DNA from: an uncultured Collinsella sp.
GTDB lineage: Bacteria; Actinomycetota; Coriobacteriia; Coriobacteriales; Coriobacteriaceae
Direction of reading: 5' to 3'
DNA length: 64,000 nucleotides
Assembly (NCBI GenBank): GCA_905202145.1
Contig: CAJKQY010000001.1
Location: 19,782 to 83,781, forward strand
Shown here: piece by piece, positions 33,398-42,923 of the stretch
How positions within the stretch are numbered: position 1 is the stretch's first letter
Layout of the letters: every line of letters starts with the position of its first letter
The notes under the pieces: generated by a model
What the model was told of the DNA's origin: nothing
What the model saw: the letters and a program-made list of their open reading frames with translations, nothing else
Database searches by the model: none
Program-made: the position numbers and the translations under genes

Positions 33398-34314
33398 CCT
33401 TTGACCTGTACGACACCGTCGACTCTTTTATCGCCTATATCGCACGCGTCGAGGGGCTTTCTCCCAACACGGTGACGGCCTATGGCTCGAGGCTGGAGCG
33501 CTTTGCTGCCTGGTGCGAGCGCGAGGATATTGATGCTTTCGCAGCCGACGTGCGCACCATTCGTCGCTATCTTGCCGAGCTTTCGCGTGAGCAGGTGGCT
33601 CCCCGAACGCTTGCGGCGCACCTGTCGGCTATCCGATCTCTCTATCGCTGGATGGCTGCCGAGGGGATTGTCGAGGGCGATGCGGTCTCGGCGATCGCAT
33701 CGCCCAAGCTGCCGCGTGACCTGCCGGGCGTCCTTACGACCCAGCAGGTTGAGGCGCTGCTCAAGACGCCTGATACCTCGACGCCCGCGGGACTGCGCGA
33801 TGCGGCGATGCTTGAGTTGCTCTATGCCTCCGGCGCGCGAATCTCGGAGCTCGCGGCGCTCAACGTGGAGTCTATTGGTTGGTCCGAGCGAACGCTGCGA
33901 CTTTGGGGCAAGGGGAGCAAGGAGCGTATCGTCCCTCTGTATCGTCGTGCGCTCGAGGTGACGCATCTCTATATTGAGGAGGGGAGGCCGGAGTTGCTCG
34001 CTCAGGCAAAGCGCCGCGACCTCGCTACTGGGCCGCATCCGCTGCTTATATCGGCGCGTGGCAATCGCATGAGCGCCGCCATGCTCCGGCGGCGGTTCCA
34101 TACGCTGGCGACGCTCGCCGGCATTCCGGCCGACATCGCCCCGCATGCGATGCGCCATACCTTTGCGACCGACTTGCTCGAGGGCGGTGCGGACTTGCGC
34201 TCGGTTCAAGAGCTGCTGGGCCATGCGAGCCTATCCACGACGCAGATCTACACGCATCTCACGCCCGACCGGCTAAAGCGGGCTGTGGCTCAAGCCCACC
34301 CCCGCGGCGAGTAG
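33394..34314 (+). CDS. xerC: tyrosine recombinase XerC/XerD-type; start codon uncertain
   Basis: RHRY catalytic residues (R..KGSKER, HAMRHTFAT, HASLSTTQIYTH); conserved N-terminal core-binding sequence lies upstream of the first canonical in-frame start (GTG 33472). Confidence 0.8.
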   Translation: MAFDLYDTVDSFIAYIARVEGLSPNTVTAYGSRLERFAAWCEREDIDAFAADVRTIRRYLAELSREQVAPRTLAAHLSAIRSLYRWMAAEGIVEGDAVSAIASPKLPRDLPGVLTTQQVEALLKTPDTSTPAGLRDAAMLELLYASGARISELAALNVESIGWSERTLRLWGKGSKERIVPLYRRALEVTHLYIEEGRPELLAQAKRRDLATGPHPLLISARGNRMSAAMLRRRFHTLATLAGIPADIAPHAMRHTFATDLLEGGADLRSVQELLGHASLSTTQIYTHLTPDRLKRAVAQAHPRGE

Positions 34315-34532
34315 GAGAAGAACCTCCTGCGCCTCGCTCAGGTGTGTGGTTTTGATTGCGGGTTGGCAGGAAGATGCATTCCTGCTATCATTCATCGGGT
34401 TGCTTCACGGCAACATGTATTTATCACGCACGCGCGGCTACTTCATACCGTGGTGCCCGGGCTTTGGTAGCACATGTCCGGGTTGGTTTTGGAGGATGAC
34501 CCCGCGCGGAGGCAAACCACAGGAGGTTTAAC

Positions 34533-35261
34533 ATGGCTACCAAGATTAATATCCGCACCCTGCTCGAGGCCGGCTGCCACTTCGGTCACCAGACCCGTCG
34601 CTGGAACCCCAAGATGAAGCCGTTCATCTTCGGTGAGCGCAACGGCATCTACATCCTCGACCTCAAGCAGACTATCCTCGACGCCGACCAGGCCTACACC
34701 TTCGTCAAGAACGTCGCCAAGGGTGGCAACGTGCTGTTCGTCGGCACCAAGAAGCAGGCTCAGGAGGCCGTCAAGAACGCTGCTGAGCGCGCCAACATGC
34801 CTTACATCAACCAGCGTTGGCTCGGCGGTATGCTGACCAACTTCGTCACCATCCGCTCCCGCATCAACCGCATGGAGGAGCTCGAGGCCATGGTCGAGGA
34901 CGGCCGCATGGCTGTTCTGCCCAAGAAGGAGCAGGCTGTTCTCGGCAAGGAGCTCACTAAGCTCCAGACCAACCTCGGTGGCGCCCGCGACATGAAGGGT
35001 CTGCCCCAGGCTCTCTTCGTCATCGACACCAAGCGCGAGGAGAACGCCATCAAGGAGGCCCAGCGCCTGAACATCCCCGTCGTCGCCCTGATCGACACCA
35101 ACTCCGATCCCGACGAGGTCGAGTACGGCATCCCCTGCAACGATGACGCTATCTCCGCTGTCACCCTTATGTGCGAGCTCATGGCTGACGCCTGCCTCGC
35201 TGGCTCCGGCAAGGAGCAGGTCTCCGAGGCCGAGATGGCCGCTGAGCCCAAGGCCGAGTAA
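34533..35261 (+). CDS. rpsB: 30S ribosomal protein S2
   Basis: [19 protein letters not shown] signature. Confidence 0.93.
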   Translation: MATKINIRTLLEAGCHFGHQTRRWNPKMKPFIFGERNGIYILDLKQTILDADQAYTFVKNVAKGGNVLFVGTKKQAQEAVKNAAERANMPYINQRWLGGMLTNFVTIRSRINRMEELEAMVEDGRMAVLPKKEQAVLGKELTKLQTNLGGARDMKGLPQALFVIDTKREENAIKEAQRLNIPVVALIDTNSDPDEVEYGIPCNDDAISAVTLMCELMADACLAGSGKEQVSEAEMAAEPKAE

Positions 35262-35306
35262 ATCAGTCTTAGTTAATTCTTTTTCATCTCTTTGAAAGGA
35301 ACCACA

Positions 35307-36176
35307 ATGGCCCAGATTACCGCCGCTATGGTCAAGCAGCTCCGCGAGATGACCGACTCCCCGATGATGGAGTGCAAGAAGGCTCTCGTCGAGGCTGACG
35401 GCGACATGGACGCCGCTGTCGACGTTCTGCGTAAGAACGGCCTTGCCAAGGCTGCCAAGAAGGCTGGCCGTGAGACCAACGAGGGCGCTGTCGCCGCGTT
35501 CGTCTCCGAGGATGGCAAGACCGGCGCTCTGCTCGAGCTCTCCTGCGAGACCGACTTCGTTGGCTCTAACGCCAAGTTCACCGGCTTTGCTTCCAAGGTC
35601 GCTGAGGTTGTCGCTACCACCGAGCCTGCTGACGTCGACGCTCTGCTCGAGAAGCCGATGGGCGAGGAGACCGTTTCCTCCGAGCTCACCGAGATGATTC
35701 ACATCATGGGCGAGAACATGAAGATCTCCCGCTTCGCTGCCCGCAAGGCTGAGAACGGCGCGCTCGCTTCTTACATCCACATGGGTGGTAAGATCGGCGT
35801 CCTCGTCGAGTTCGCCTTCGAGAAGGCCGAGACCGCTCAGGCTGAATCCTTCAAGACCTTCGCTCACGACGTTGCCCTTCAGGTTGCCGCCGTCGCCCCG
35901 ATCTGCGCTACCCGCGATCAGGTTCCGGCCGAGACCGTCGAGCACGAGAAGCAGATCTACATGGCTCAGGCTGCCGAGTCCGGTAAGCCCGAGGCTATCC
36001 AGGAGAAGATGGCTGTCGGCCGTCTGGAGAAGTTCTACAAGCAGTCCGTGCTCACCGAGCAGGAGTTCATCAAGGACAGCTCCCTCACCATCAAGAAGTA
36101 CGCTGAGCAGGTCTCCAAGGAGCTCGGCGACACCATTACCGTCGTTGCCTTTGACCGTCTGGTCCGTGGCGAGTAA
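35307..36176 (+). CDS. tsf: elongation factor Ts
   Basis: MAQITAAMVKQLREMT...MMECKKAL UBA-like N-terminus. Confidence 0.92.
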   Translation: MAQITAAMVKQLREMTDSPMMECKKALVEADGDMDAAVDVLRKNGLAKAAKKAGRETNEGAVAAFVSEDGKTGALLELSCETDFVGSNAKFTGFASKVAEVVATTEPADVDALLEKPMGEETVSSELTEMIHIMGENMKISRFAARKAENGALASYIHMGGKIGVLVEFAFEKAETAQAESFKTFAHDVALQVAAVAPICATRDQVPAETVEHEKQIYMAQAAESGKPEAIQEKMAVGRLEKFYKQSVLTEQEFIKDSSLTIKKYAEQVSKELGDTITVVAFDRLVRGE

Positions 36177-36199
36177 ATAAGCTCTTGTAGCTGGTAATG

Positions 36200-36235
36200 A
36201 GCAGGCTGTGGGTTTTACTCACAGCCTGCTTTTTC
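36200..36235 (+). terminator. rho-independent terminator after tsf
   Basis: AGCAGGCTGTG ggtttta CACAGCCTGCT TTTTC. Confidence 0.75.
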
Positions 36236-36293
36236 ATGGCTCTTATCAGAGCCTTTGATATCATATTGAGAGTCTAATTAAAGGAGGATCGCT

Positions 36294-37016
36294 TTGTCCG
36301 ACATCCGATATAAACGCGTGCTTCTTAAGCTTTCCGGCGAAGCGCTGATGGGCGACGGCCAATATGGCATCGACCCCAAGGTTACCGACCATCTTGCTAA
36401 GCAGGTCAAGGAGCTGCTCGCCGTTGGCCATGAGGTCGGCGTCGTTGTCGGCGGCGGCAATATTTTCCGTGGCATGGCAGGCGCTGCCGGTGGCATGGAG
36501 CGTGCTCAGGCCGACTACATGGGCATGCTGGCAACCGTTATGAACGCGCTCGCCCTGCAGGATGCCTTCGAGCATAACGATGTTCCCTGCCGCGTGATGA
36601 GCGCTATCCAGATGAACGAGATCTGCGAGCCCTATATTCGCCGTCGCGCCATCAACCACCTGTCCAAGGGCAACGTCGTTATTTTTGCCGCCGGTTCGGG
36701 CAATCCGTACTTTACGACCGACACCGCCGCGGCTCTTCGTGCGTGCGAGATCGGCGCCGAGATTCTGATTAAAGCCACCAAGGTTGACGGCATCTACGAT
36801 AAGGATCCCGTCAAGTGCGCCGATGCCGTCCGTTTTGACAAGATTACCTATCACGAGGTTCTCGTCCGCGGTCTGCAGGTTATGGATTCCACGGCTACGG
36901 CACTGTGCCAGGATAACCGTATGCCTATTTTGGTCCTCAACATCGATGGCGAGGACACCGTCAAGCGCGCGCTTTCGGGTGAGCCCGTCGGCACGCTCGT
37001 CTATCAGGAGGATTAA
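36294..37016 (+). CDS. pyrH: UMP kinase
   Basis: [12 protein letters not shown]...[10 protein letters not shown] motifs; TTG start after RBS AAGGAGG. Confidence 0.92.
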   Translation: MSDIRYKRVLLKLSGEALMGDGQYGIDPKVTDHLAKQVKELLAVGHEVGVVVGGGNIFRGMAGAAGGMERAQADYMGMLATVMNALALQDAFEHNDVPCRVMSAIQMNEICEPYIRRRAINHLSKGNVVIFAAGSGNPYFTTDTAAALRACEIGAEILIKATKVDGIYDKDPVKCADAVRFDKITYHEVLVRGLQVMDSTATALCQDNRMPILVLNIDGEDTVKRALSGEPVGTLVYQED

Positions 37017-37018
37017 GC

Positions 37019-37555
37019 ATGGCAGAGAACATCACCGCCCATATGGACAAGTCGCTCGAGTCCCTCAAGCATAACTTCTCCAAGGTCCGTACCGGCCGCG
37101 CCAATGCCAACATTCTGTCCGACATCACCGTCGATTATTACGGTGTTCCCACGCCGGTCACGCAGGTTGCCGCCGTCAAGACCCCCGAGGCCCACATGCT
37201 GCTCATCGAGCCGTGGGACAAGGCACTCATCAATGCTATCGTCAAGGCCATCGGCGCTTCCGATCTGGGTATTACCCCCAACTCCGATGGCACCGTCGTT
37301 CGTCTTCCGTTCCCAGCTCCCACTGAGGAGCGCCGTCGCGAGCTCGTCAAGGAGTGCCGCGAGTACGCCGAGCAGGCCAAGGTGTCTATCCGTAACATCC
37401 GTCGCGACTTCAACAACAAGCTCGAGCGCGATGAGGAGCTCACCGAGGACGATGTCCGTCGCGAGCAGGCCAAGGTCCAGAAGCACACTGATGAGTATGT
37501 CGCCAAGGTCGAGGAGCTTCTGAAGGAAAAAGAAGCCGAGGTCATGGAGATCTAA
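37019..37555 (+). CDS. frr: ribosome recycling factor
   Basis: Conserved Frr sequence (VRTGRANANIL). Confidence 0.92.
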   Translation: MAENITAHMDKSLESLKHNFSKVRTGRANANILSDITVDYYGVPTPVTQVAAVKTPEAHMLLIEPWDKALINAIVKAIGASDLGITPNSDGTVVRLPFPAPTEERRRELVKECREYAEQAKVSIRNIRRDFNNKLERDEELTEDDVRREQAKVQKHTDEYVAKVEELLKEKEAEVMEI

Positions 37556-37556
37556 G

Positions 37557-38351
37557 GTGCAATACGACGAGCATAAACTGGTCGAGTACTTTGCCGACGC
37601 CCCTGCGGGCGTCGGTTTTTCCGACCTTGACCTCAATAACATTCCGCACCATATCTCGTGCATCATGGACGGTAACGGTCGTTGGGCCACGTCGCGCGGT
37701 CTTGCACGCACCGAGGGCCACAAGGCGGGTATCGTCTCCCTGCGCGAGATCATTACCGCATGCGTGCGCCTGGGCGTCGACGTGCTTTCGGCCTATGCGT
37801 TTTCCACCGAAAACTGGAATCGTCCGCAGCACGAGGTCAACGTCTTGATGCATTTGTTTGCCAAGACGTTTATCGATGAGTTGCCGCTGCTTAAGCGCGA
37901 AAACGTTCGCGTTGTCTTTTTGGGCGATATTTCCGCACTGCCTAAGAAGACCCGCGATGTCTTTGAGCGAGGTCTTGCCGAGTGCGCCAATCACACCGGC
38001 ATGACGCTGGCGCTTGCCGTCAACTACGGCGCGCGTGCCGAGATTACCCGCGCTGTCCGTCAGATCGCACTCGACGCTGCCGCCGGTAAGATCGATCCTG
38101 GCGCAATTGATGACGACATGGTGGCTTCCCACCTCTATACCGCCGGTCTTCCCGATCCTGAGCTTGTGATTCGCACCTCTGGTGAGCTGCGCCTTTCGAA
38201 CTATCTGCTGTGGCAGGTAGCTTATTCCGAGTTCTACGTCACCGATACCTATTGGCCCGACTTTGATCGTTGGGGCCTTGTCGACGCCATTTTGGCCTAT
38301 CAGGGCCGTGACCGTAGGTTTGGTGGACTGAGCAAGACCGAGGAGGCTTAA
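37557..38351 (+). CDS. uppS: undecaprenyl diphosphate synthase
   Basis: HISCIMDGNGRWA, FSTENWNRP motifs; GTG start. Confidence 0.9.
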   Translation: MQYDEHKLVEYFADAPAGVGFSDLDLNNIPHHISCIMDGNGRWATSRGLARTEGHKAGIVSLREIITACVRLGVDVLSAYAFSTENWNRPQHEVNVLMHLFAKTFIDELPLLKRENVRVVFLGDISALPKKTRDVFERGLAECANHTGMTLALAVNYGARAEITRAVRQIALDAAAGKIDPGAIDDDMVASHLYTAGLPDPELVIRTSGELRLSNYLLWQVAYSEFYVTDTYWPDFDRWGLVDAILAYQGRDRRFGGLSKTEEA

Positions 38352-38353
38352 TC

Positions 38354-39253
38354 GTGTCCGATCGTCCCAAGGCATCTGCTCCCAAGACGCCTGCGCGTAA
38401 AGCTGCCACTGCGGGAGCGCCTGCAGCGAAGGGCGGCACCGGTTCGTGGCTGGCGGGCTTTATTACCCGTGCCGCCGCCGGTATCGTCTACGCCGTTGTC
38501 TTTATCCTGTGCCTGGTTTTGGGTATCGTGCCCACTGCCATCTTTGTTTCCGTCATGAGTGGTCTGTGCTGTTATGAGTTTTTCCGTATGACGAGGCTCG
38601 ATGGCAAGATGGCTAACGAGCGCATGGGTATCGCTGCCGCCGTACTCTTTCCGCTGTCGGCGTTGGGCGATTCGATGTTGCTGAATGCCCTGCTTTTTGC
38701 CCTGATGCTCGCTGTGGGCATTTGGTATGTCTGGTCGCCGCGTACCCGCATCTCTGATGTGGCCGTGACGCTCATGGGTCCCATCTACACTGGCTTTATG
38801 CTGTCGGCTATCGTGCTGCTGCGCGATGCCGTGCCCGGTTTTGCCGGCGCCCTGCTTTCGGTGGGCGTTTGCGCGTCCCTTTGGGTCTCCGATTCGTTTG
38901 CCTACATCGTGGGTAGCCGTATCGGCAAGCACAAGATGGTTCCCAAGATCTCTCCCAAAAAGAGCTGGGAGGGGTTTGTCGGCGGCATCCTGGGCTCGGT
39001 TTTGATTTGGCTCATCCTGTGGGCGACGCACTTCTACAAGCTCACCCTGCCCTATGCGCTGCTGTGCGGCGTGGTCGTGTCCGTCCTGGGCGTTATCGGC
39101 GACCTTATCGAGTCGCGCATCAAGCGTGGCGTGGGCGTCAAGGATTCCGGCAACCTTATCCCGGGCCATGGCGGCATGCTCGACCGTAGCGACTCGCTTA
39201 TCTTTGGCTGCATTACCGCTCAGCTGCTTTTGATGATCGGAGGCGTGCTGTAA
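38354..39253 (+). CDS. cdsA: phosphatidate cytidylyltransferase
   Basis: CDS signature KRGVGVKDSGNLIPGHGGMLDRSDS; multi-TM; GTG start. Confidence 0.85.
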   Translation: MSDRPKASAPKTPARKAATAGAPAAKGGTGSWLAGFITRAAAGIVYAVVFILCLVLGIVPTAIFVSVMSGLCCYEFFRMTRLDGKMANERMGIAAAVLFPLSALGDSMLLNALLFALMLAVGIWYVWSPRTRISDVAVTLMGPIYTGFMLSAIVLLRDAVPGFAGALLSVGVCASLWVSDSFAYIVGSRIGKHKMVPKISPKKSWEGFVGGILGSVLIWLILWATHFYKLTLPYALLCGVVVSVLGVIGDLIESRIKRGVGVKDSGNLIPGHGGMLDRSDSLIFGCITAQLLLMIGGVL

Positions 39254-40440
39254 TGTCCTTCCAGACGACGTATGGCCCCGATGGACGCCTTCGCGTTGCC
39301 ATCCTGGGTTGTACGGGCTCCATCGGCACCCAGGCACTCGATGTGTGCCGTCAGCATGCCGATCGCCTGCAGGTGACGGCGCTGTCCGTTAACTCTAGTA
39401 CCTCCGAGCTCGTTGCCGCTGCCCGCGAGTTCTCGGTTCCGGCGGTTGCCGTGGCCGATGTCGCTCATGGCGATGACGCCGTGCTGCAGGAGTTGCCCGA
39501 GGGAACGAAGCTCGGCGTTGGCGCGCAGGCGGTTTGCGAGCTCGCGCGTCGCGACGATGTCGACTGCGTGCTCGTTGCTATTGTGGGCGCCGCCGGTCTC
39601 GAGGCGAGCCATGCGGCCTTGACCTCAAATAAGCGCCTTGCTCTTGCCAACAAGGAGTCCCTCGTCGTCGGTGGCGACTTGCTTATGCCGTTGGCACAAC
39701 CGGGCCAGCTTATTCCAGTCGACTCTGAGCACTCCGCCATCTACCAGTGCTATCTGGGGGAGGACCCGCGCGAGGCTCATTGTATTTGGCTCACCTGCTC
39801 GGGCGGTCCGTTCTTTGGCCGCACGCGCGACGAGCTCAATCGCGTGACGCGTGCCGATGCCCTCGCACATCCCACGTGGGCCATGGGTGCTAAGATCACC
39901 ATCGACTCCGCCACCCTCATGAATAAGGGCCTGGAGCGCATTGAGGCCATGCATCTGTTTAACTGCGACCTCGATTTCATTAACGTGGTCGTGCAGCGTC
40001 AGTCCAAGATTCACTCTATGGTCGAGTTTGCCGACGGCTCCGTGATGGCGCATCTCGGTGCTTCCGACATGCGTATTCCCATCCAGTTCGCGTTCTCGTA
40101 TCCCGAGCGTTGGGATACCCCGGCGCCTCGTATCGATTTCCGCGAGCTGGGGCAGCTCACGTTTGATGCTGCCGACATGGATACCTTCCGCTGTCTGGCA
40201 CTGGCCGAGCGTGCCGGCAAGACGGGTGGCACCATGCCGTGCGTGCTCAATGCCGCCAACGAGGTCGCCGTCGATGCCTTCCTGCACGATGGCTGCAGCT
40301 TTACCGATATCGATCGCATTGTGGAATCCTGCATGGATGCCCACGATATGCAGGCGGTCGATTCGTTTGAGCAGCTTCGCGACATCGATGCGTGGGCGCG
40401 TGAAAAGGCTGCGCAGGTACTCGCCGCAACCCGTTCCTAA
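39253..40440 (+). CDS. dxr: 1-deoxy-D-xylulose 5-phosphate reductoisomerase
   Basis: NADPH motif ILGCTGSIGTQALDV and overall conservation; ATG overlaps the cdsA stop. Confidence 0.92.
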   Translation: MSFQTTYGPDGRLRVAILGCTGSIGTQALDVCRQHADRLQVTALSVNSSTSELVAAAREFSVPAVAVADVAHGDDAVLQELPEGTKLGVGAQAVCELARRDDVDCVLVAIVGAAGLEASHAALTSNKRLALANKESLVVGGDLLMPLAQPGQLIPVDSEHSAIYQCYLGEDPREAHCIWLTCSGGPFFGRTRDELNRVTRADALAHPTWAMGAKITIDSATLMNKGLERIEAMHLFNCDLDFINVVVQRQSKIHSMVEFADGSVMAHLGASDMRIPIQFAFSYPERWDTPAPRIDFRELGQLTFDAADMDTFRCLALAERAGKTGGTMPCVLNAANEVAVDAFLHDGCSFTDIDRIVESCMDAHDMQAVDSFEQLRDIDAWAREKAAQVLAATRS

Positions 40441-40465
40441 CCCATACGGATTGCTTTTTCGTTTT

Positions 40466-41827
40466 ATGGATACTGTTCTGAGCGTTCTCTCATCGGTCTT
40501 TTGGGGCCTGCTGATGCTTTCCGTTCTCGTGTTTTTGCATGAGGGCGGCCACTTTTTGGCGGCGCGTGCCTGCGGCGTCCGTGTGACCGAGTTCTTTTTG
40601 GGCCTGCCGTGCCGCTTTGACATCCATTACACGTCACGTCGCATTGGAACCAAGTTTGGCGTGACCCCGCTGCTGCTGGGTGGCTACGCTGCCATCTGCG
40701 GTATGGATCCGACCGACGTCTCGTGCGCTGATCGCGTGCTCGCGGCTATCTATCGTCATGGTCGCGTGACCGTGGCCGACCTTGCCGCCGAGCTCGAGCT
40801 ATCCGAGGAGGATGTGCTCGAGGCATGCGCCTTGCTCTTGGGTTGGGGCTCTATCGCGCCTTGGTATGAGGAAGGGGAGAAGCCCTCGCCGAGCTACTAT
40901 CCCACCGAGTATCAGACGCTGCCACGAGATGCGGCGGGTTACACCACCTTTGACGGCCGCCGTTTCGATCGAGAGCATGCGACTACCGAGGGCGATGTGT
41001 GGGAGCTGCCGTGCGGCGAAGCCGAGTTCCTTGCGCAAGAGCGTTCGCATACCTATCTGGGCCAGGGTTTTCTCAAGCGCGCCTTTATGCTGCTCGCGGG
41101 CATTCTCGTCAATATCCTGACGGGCTTTTTGCTGCTTATGAGCATCTACTCTATTGCGGGTGTCACCGTGCCGATGGATACCAACGTGATCGGTCAGGTT
41201 GACGAGGGGTCTATTGCCGCCAAGGCGGGTATCGAGGGCGGCGACGCGATCCTTTCGGTTGACGGAGTATCGTGCTCTACCTGGATGGACGTTTACGATG
41301 CCATCGGCAAGGCCGCCGGTAAGGACGATATCGCCATTGAGTATGAGCGCGACGGCAAGCAGCATTCGACCACGGTTGCGCTCAAAGAGGACGAGCGCCT
41401 AGGTGTGTATGCCTCTACGCAGGTGGTCCGTTTGGATTCCATCACGTCAGCTCGCCTGTCGTTCTCCTATGTCGTGCAGACGGCTGAGGGCGTGATGCGC
41501 CTGCTCCAGCCGCAGCATACGATGGAGATTCTCGATCAGTCCTCTTCGATCGTAGGTATTAGCGTTATGTCCTCACAGGCTGCTGCCGCCGGCCCTGCCA
41601 CGTTCCTTTCGTTTGCCGCCCTCATTTCGTTCTCGCTTGGCTTTATGAACCTGCTGCCCATCCCACCGCTCGATGGCGGCAAGCTGGTCATCGAGATCAT
41701 TCAAAAGATTGCGGGCCGCGAGCTTCCGCTCAAGGTCCAGACGATTGTGAGCTATGTGGGCATCGCGCTCTTTGCGCTGCTGTTTGTCTATATGCTTCGT
41801 TCCGACGTCCTTCGATTTATCCTGTAG
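40466..41827 (+). CDS. rseP: RIP zinc metalloprotease RseP (site-2 protease) with enlarged TM1-TM2 cytoplasmic insertion
   Basis: HEGGH zinc motif in TM1, PDZ domain (GIEGGDAILSVDGV), LDG motif NLLPIPPLDGGK. Confidence 0.85.
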   Translation: MDTVLSVLSSVFWGLLMLSVLVFLHEGGHFLAARACGVRVTEFFLGLPCRFDIHYTSRRIGTKFGVTPLLLGGYAAICGMDPTDVSCADRVLAAIYRHGRVTVADLAAELELSEEDVLEACALLLGWGSIAPWYEEGEKPSPSYYPTEYQTLPRDAAGYTTFDGRRFDREHATTEGDVWELPCGEAEFLAQERSHTYLGQGFLKRAFMLLAGILVNILTGFLLLMSIYSIAGVTVPMDTNVIGQVDEGSIAAKAGIEGGDAILSVDGVSCSTWMDVYDAIGKAAGKDDIAIEYERDGKQHSTTVALKEDERLGVYASTQVVRLDSITSARLSFSYVVQTAEGVMRLLQPQHTMEILDQSSSIVGISVMSSQAAAAGPATFLSFAALISFSLGFMNLLPIPPLDGGKLVIEIIQKIAGRELPLKVQTIVSYVGIALFALLFVYMLRSDVLRFIL

Positions 41828-41831
41828 GGGA

Positions 41832-42923
41832 GTGTTTGGATTGTCTTTATCCCATCCTTTGCCTCGCGAGTTGACGCGCCCCGTGCATGTGGGCGGTGTG
41901 CAGATCGGTGGCGGCGCGCCGGTGGTGGTCCAATCCATGACCTGCACCGATACCGCTGACGCCCAGGCAACGCTTGCGCAAGTGTGCGCGTTGGCGCAGG
42001 CTGGCTGCGATATCGTGCGTGTGAGCGTGCCCACCGAGGCCGCGCTTGAGGGTTTCCGCACCATCTGTGCCGAGTCTCCGGTGCCGATCGTCGCCGATAT
42101 TCACTTTAACCATAAGCTCGCCATCGGCGCCGTCGAGGCTGGTGCCGCCAAGCTTCGCATCAATCCCGGCAATATCGGCGATTGGGCTAAGGTCGATGCC
42201 GTGATCGATGCCGCGGGTGCCGCTGGGTGCGCGATTCGTATCGGCGTCAATGCCGGTTCGCTCGAGCAGGATATCGCCGAGCGCGACGACCTCACGCAGC
42301 CCGAAAAGCTCGTGATGTCGAGCGAGCGCTTCGTCAAGCACTTTGAGGACCGTGGTTTTACGAACATTGTGCTTTCGGCCAAGGCCCATAGCGTGCAAAC
42401 GACGCTTGATACCTATCGAGCCCTGTCGCGTGAGATTCCCCACGTTCCGCTTCACCTGGGCGTGACGGAGGCGGGGACCAAGCTCCAGGGCACCATCAAG
42501 AGCTCTGTAGGCTTGGGTATCTTGCTTTCCGAAGGCATTGGCGACACCATGCGTGTGTCGCTCACAGCCGATCCGGTTGAGGAGCCGCCGGTTGCCTGGG
42601 GTATTCTGCAGTCGTTGGGCCTGCGTCGCCGTGGCCCCGAGATTGTCTCATGCCCCACGTGCGCACGCTGCCAGGTTAACCTTATTCCCATTGCCGAGGA
42701 GGTTACCGAGCGGCTTAAGAACTACTCCGCGTCGCTTTCGATCGCTGTGATGGGATGTGCCGTTAATGGCCCCGGCGAGGCTTCTGATGCCGATCTGGGC
42801 GTTGCTTGCGGACGTGGTCAGGCCTTGCTCTTTTCGCATGGCCAGATCATTGGTAAAGTAGCTGAGGACCAAATTGTCGACGCGCTTATGGCAGAGGTCG
42901 ACAAGCTTATTGAGGAGAAATAA
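41832..42923 (+). CDS. ispG: 4-hydroxy-3-methylbut-2-enyl diphosphate synthase (flavodoxin)
   Basis: TIM-barrel GcpE motifs and C-terminal 4Fe-4S cysteines (CPTCARC...GCAVNGPGE); GTG/TTG start. Confidence 0.9.
   Translation: MFGLSLSHPLPRELTRPVHVGGVQIGGGAPVVVQSMTCTDTADAQATLAQVCALAQAGCDIVRVSVPTEAALEGFRTICAESPVPIVADIHFNHKLAIGAVEAGAAKLRINPGNIGDWAKVDAVIDAAGAAGCAIRIGVNAGSLEQDIAERDDLTQPEKLVMSSERFVKHFEDRGFTNIVLSAKAHSVQTTLDTYRALSREIPHVPLHLGVTEAGTKLQGTIKSSVGLGILLSEGIGDTMRVSLTADPVEEPPVAWGILQSLGLRRRGPEIVSCPTCARCQVNLIPIAEEVTERLKNYSASLSIAVMGCAVNGPGEASDADLGVACGRGQALLFSHGQIIGKVAEDQIVDALMAEVDKLIEEK

Noticed and set aside
33394-34314. Tyrosine recombinase as a marker of an integrative element
   Set aside because: The gene sits in the conserved chromosomal dprA-trmFO-xerC neighbourhood, exactly as codV/xerC does in Bacillus. 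There are no flanking phage, conjugative or att-like features. It is the housekeeping dimer-resolution recombinase.
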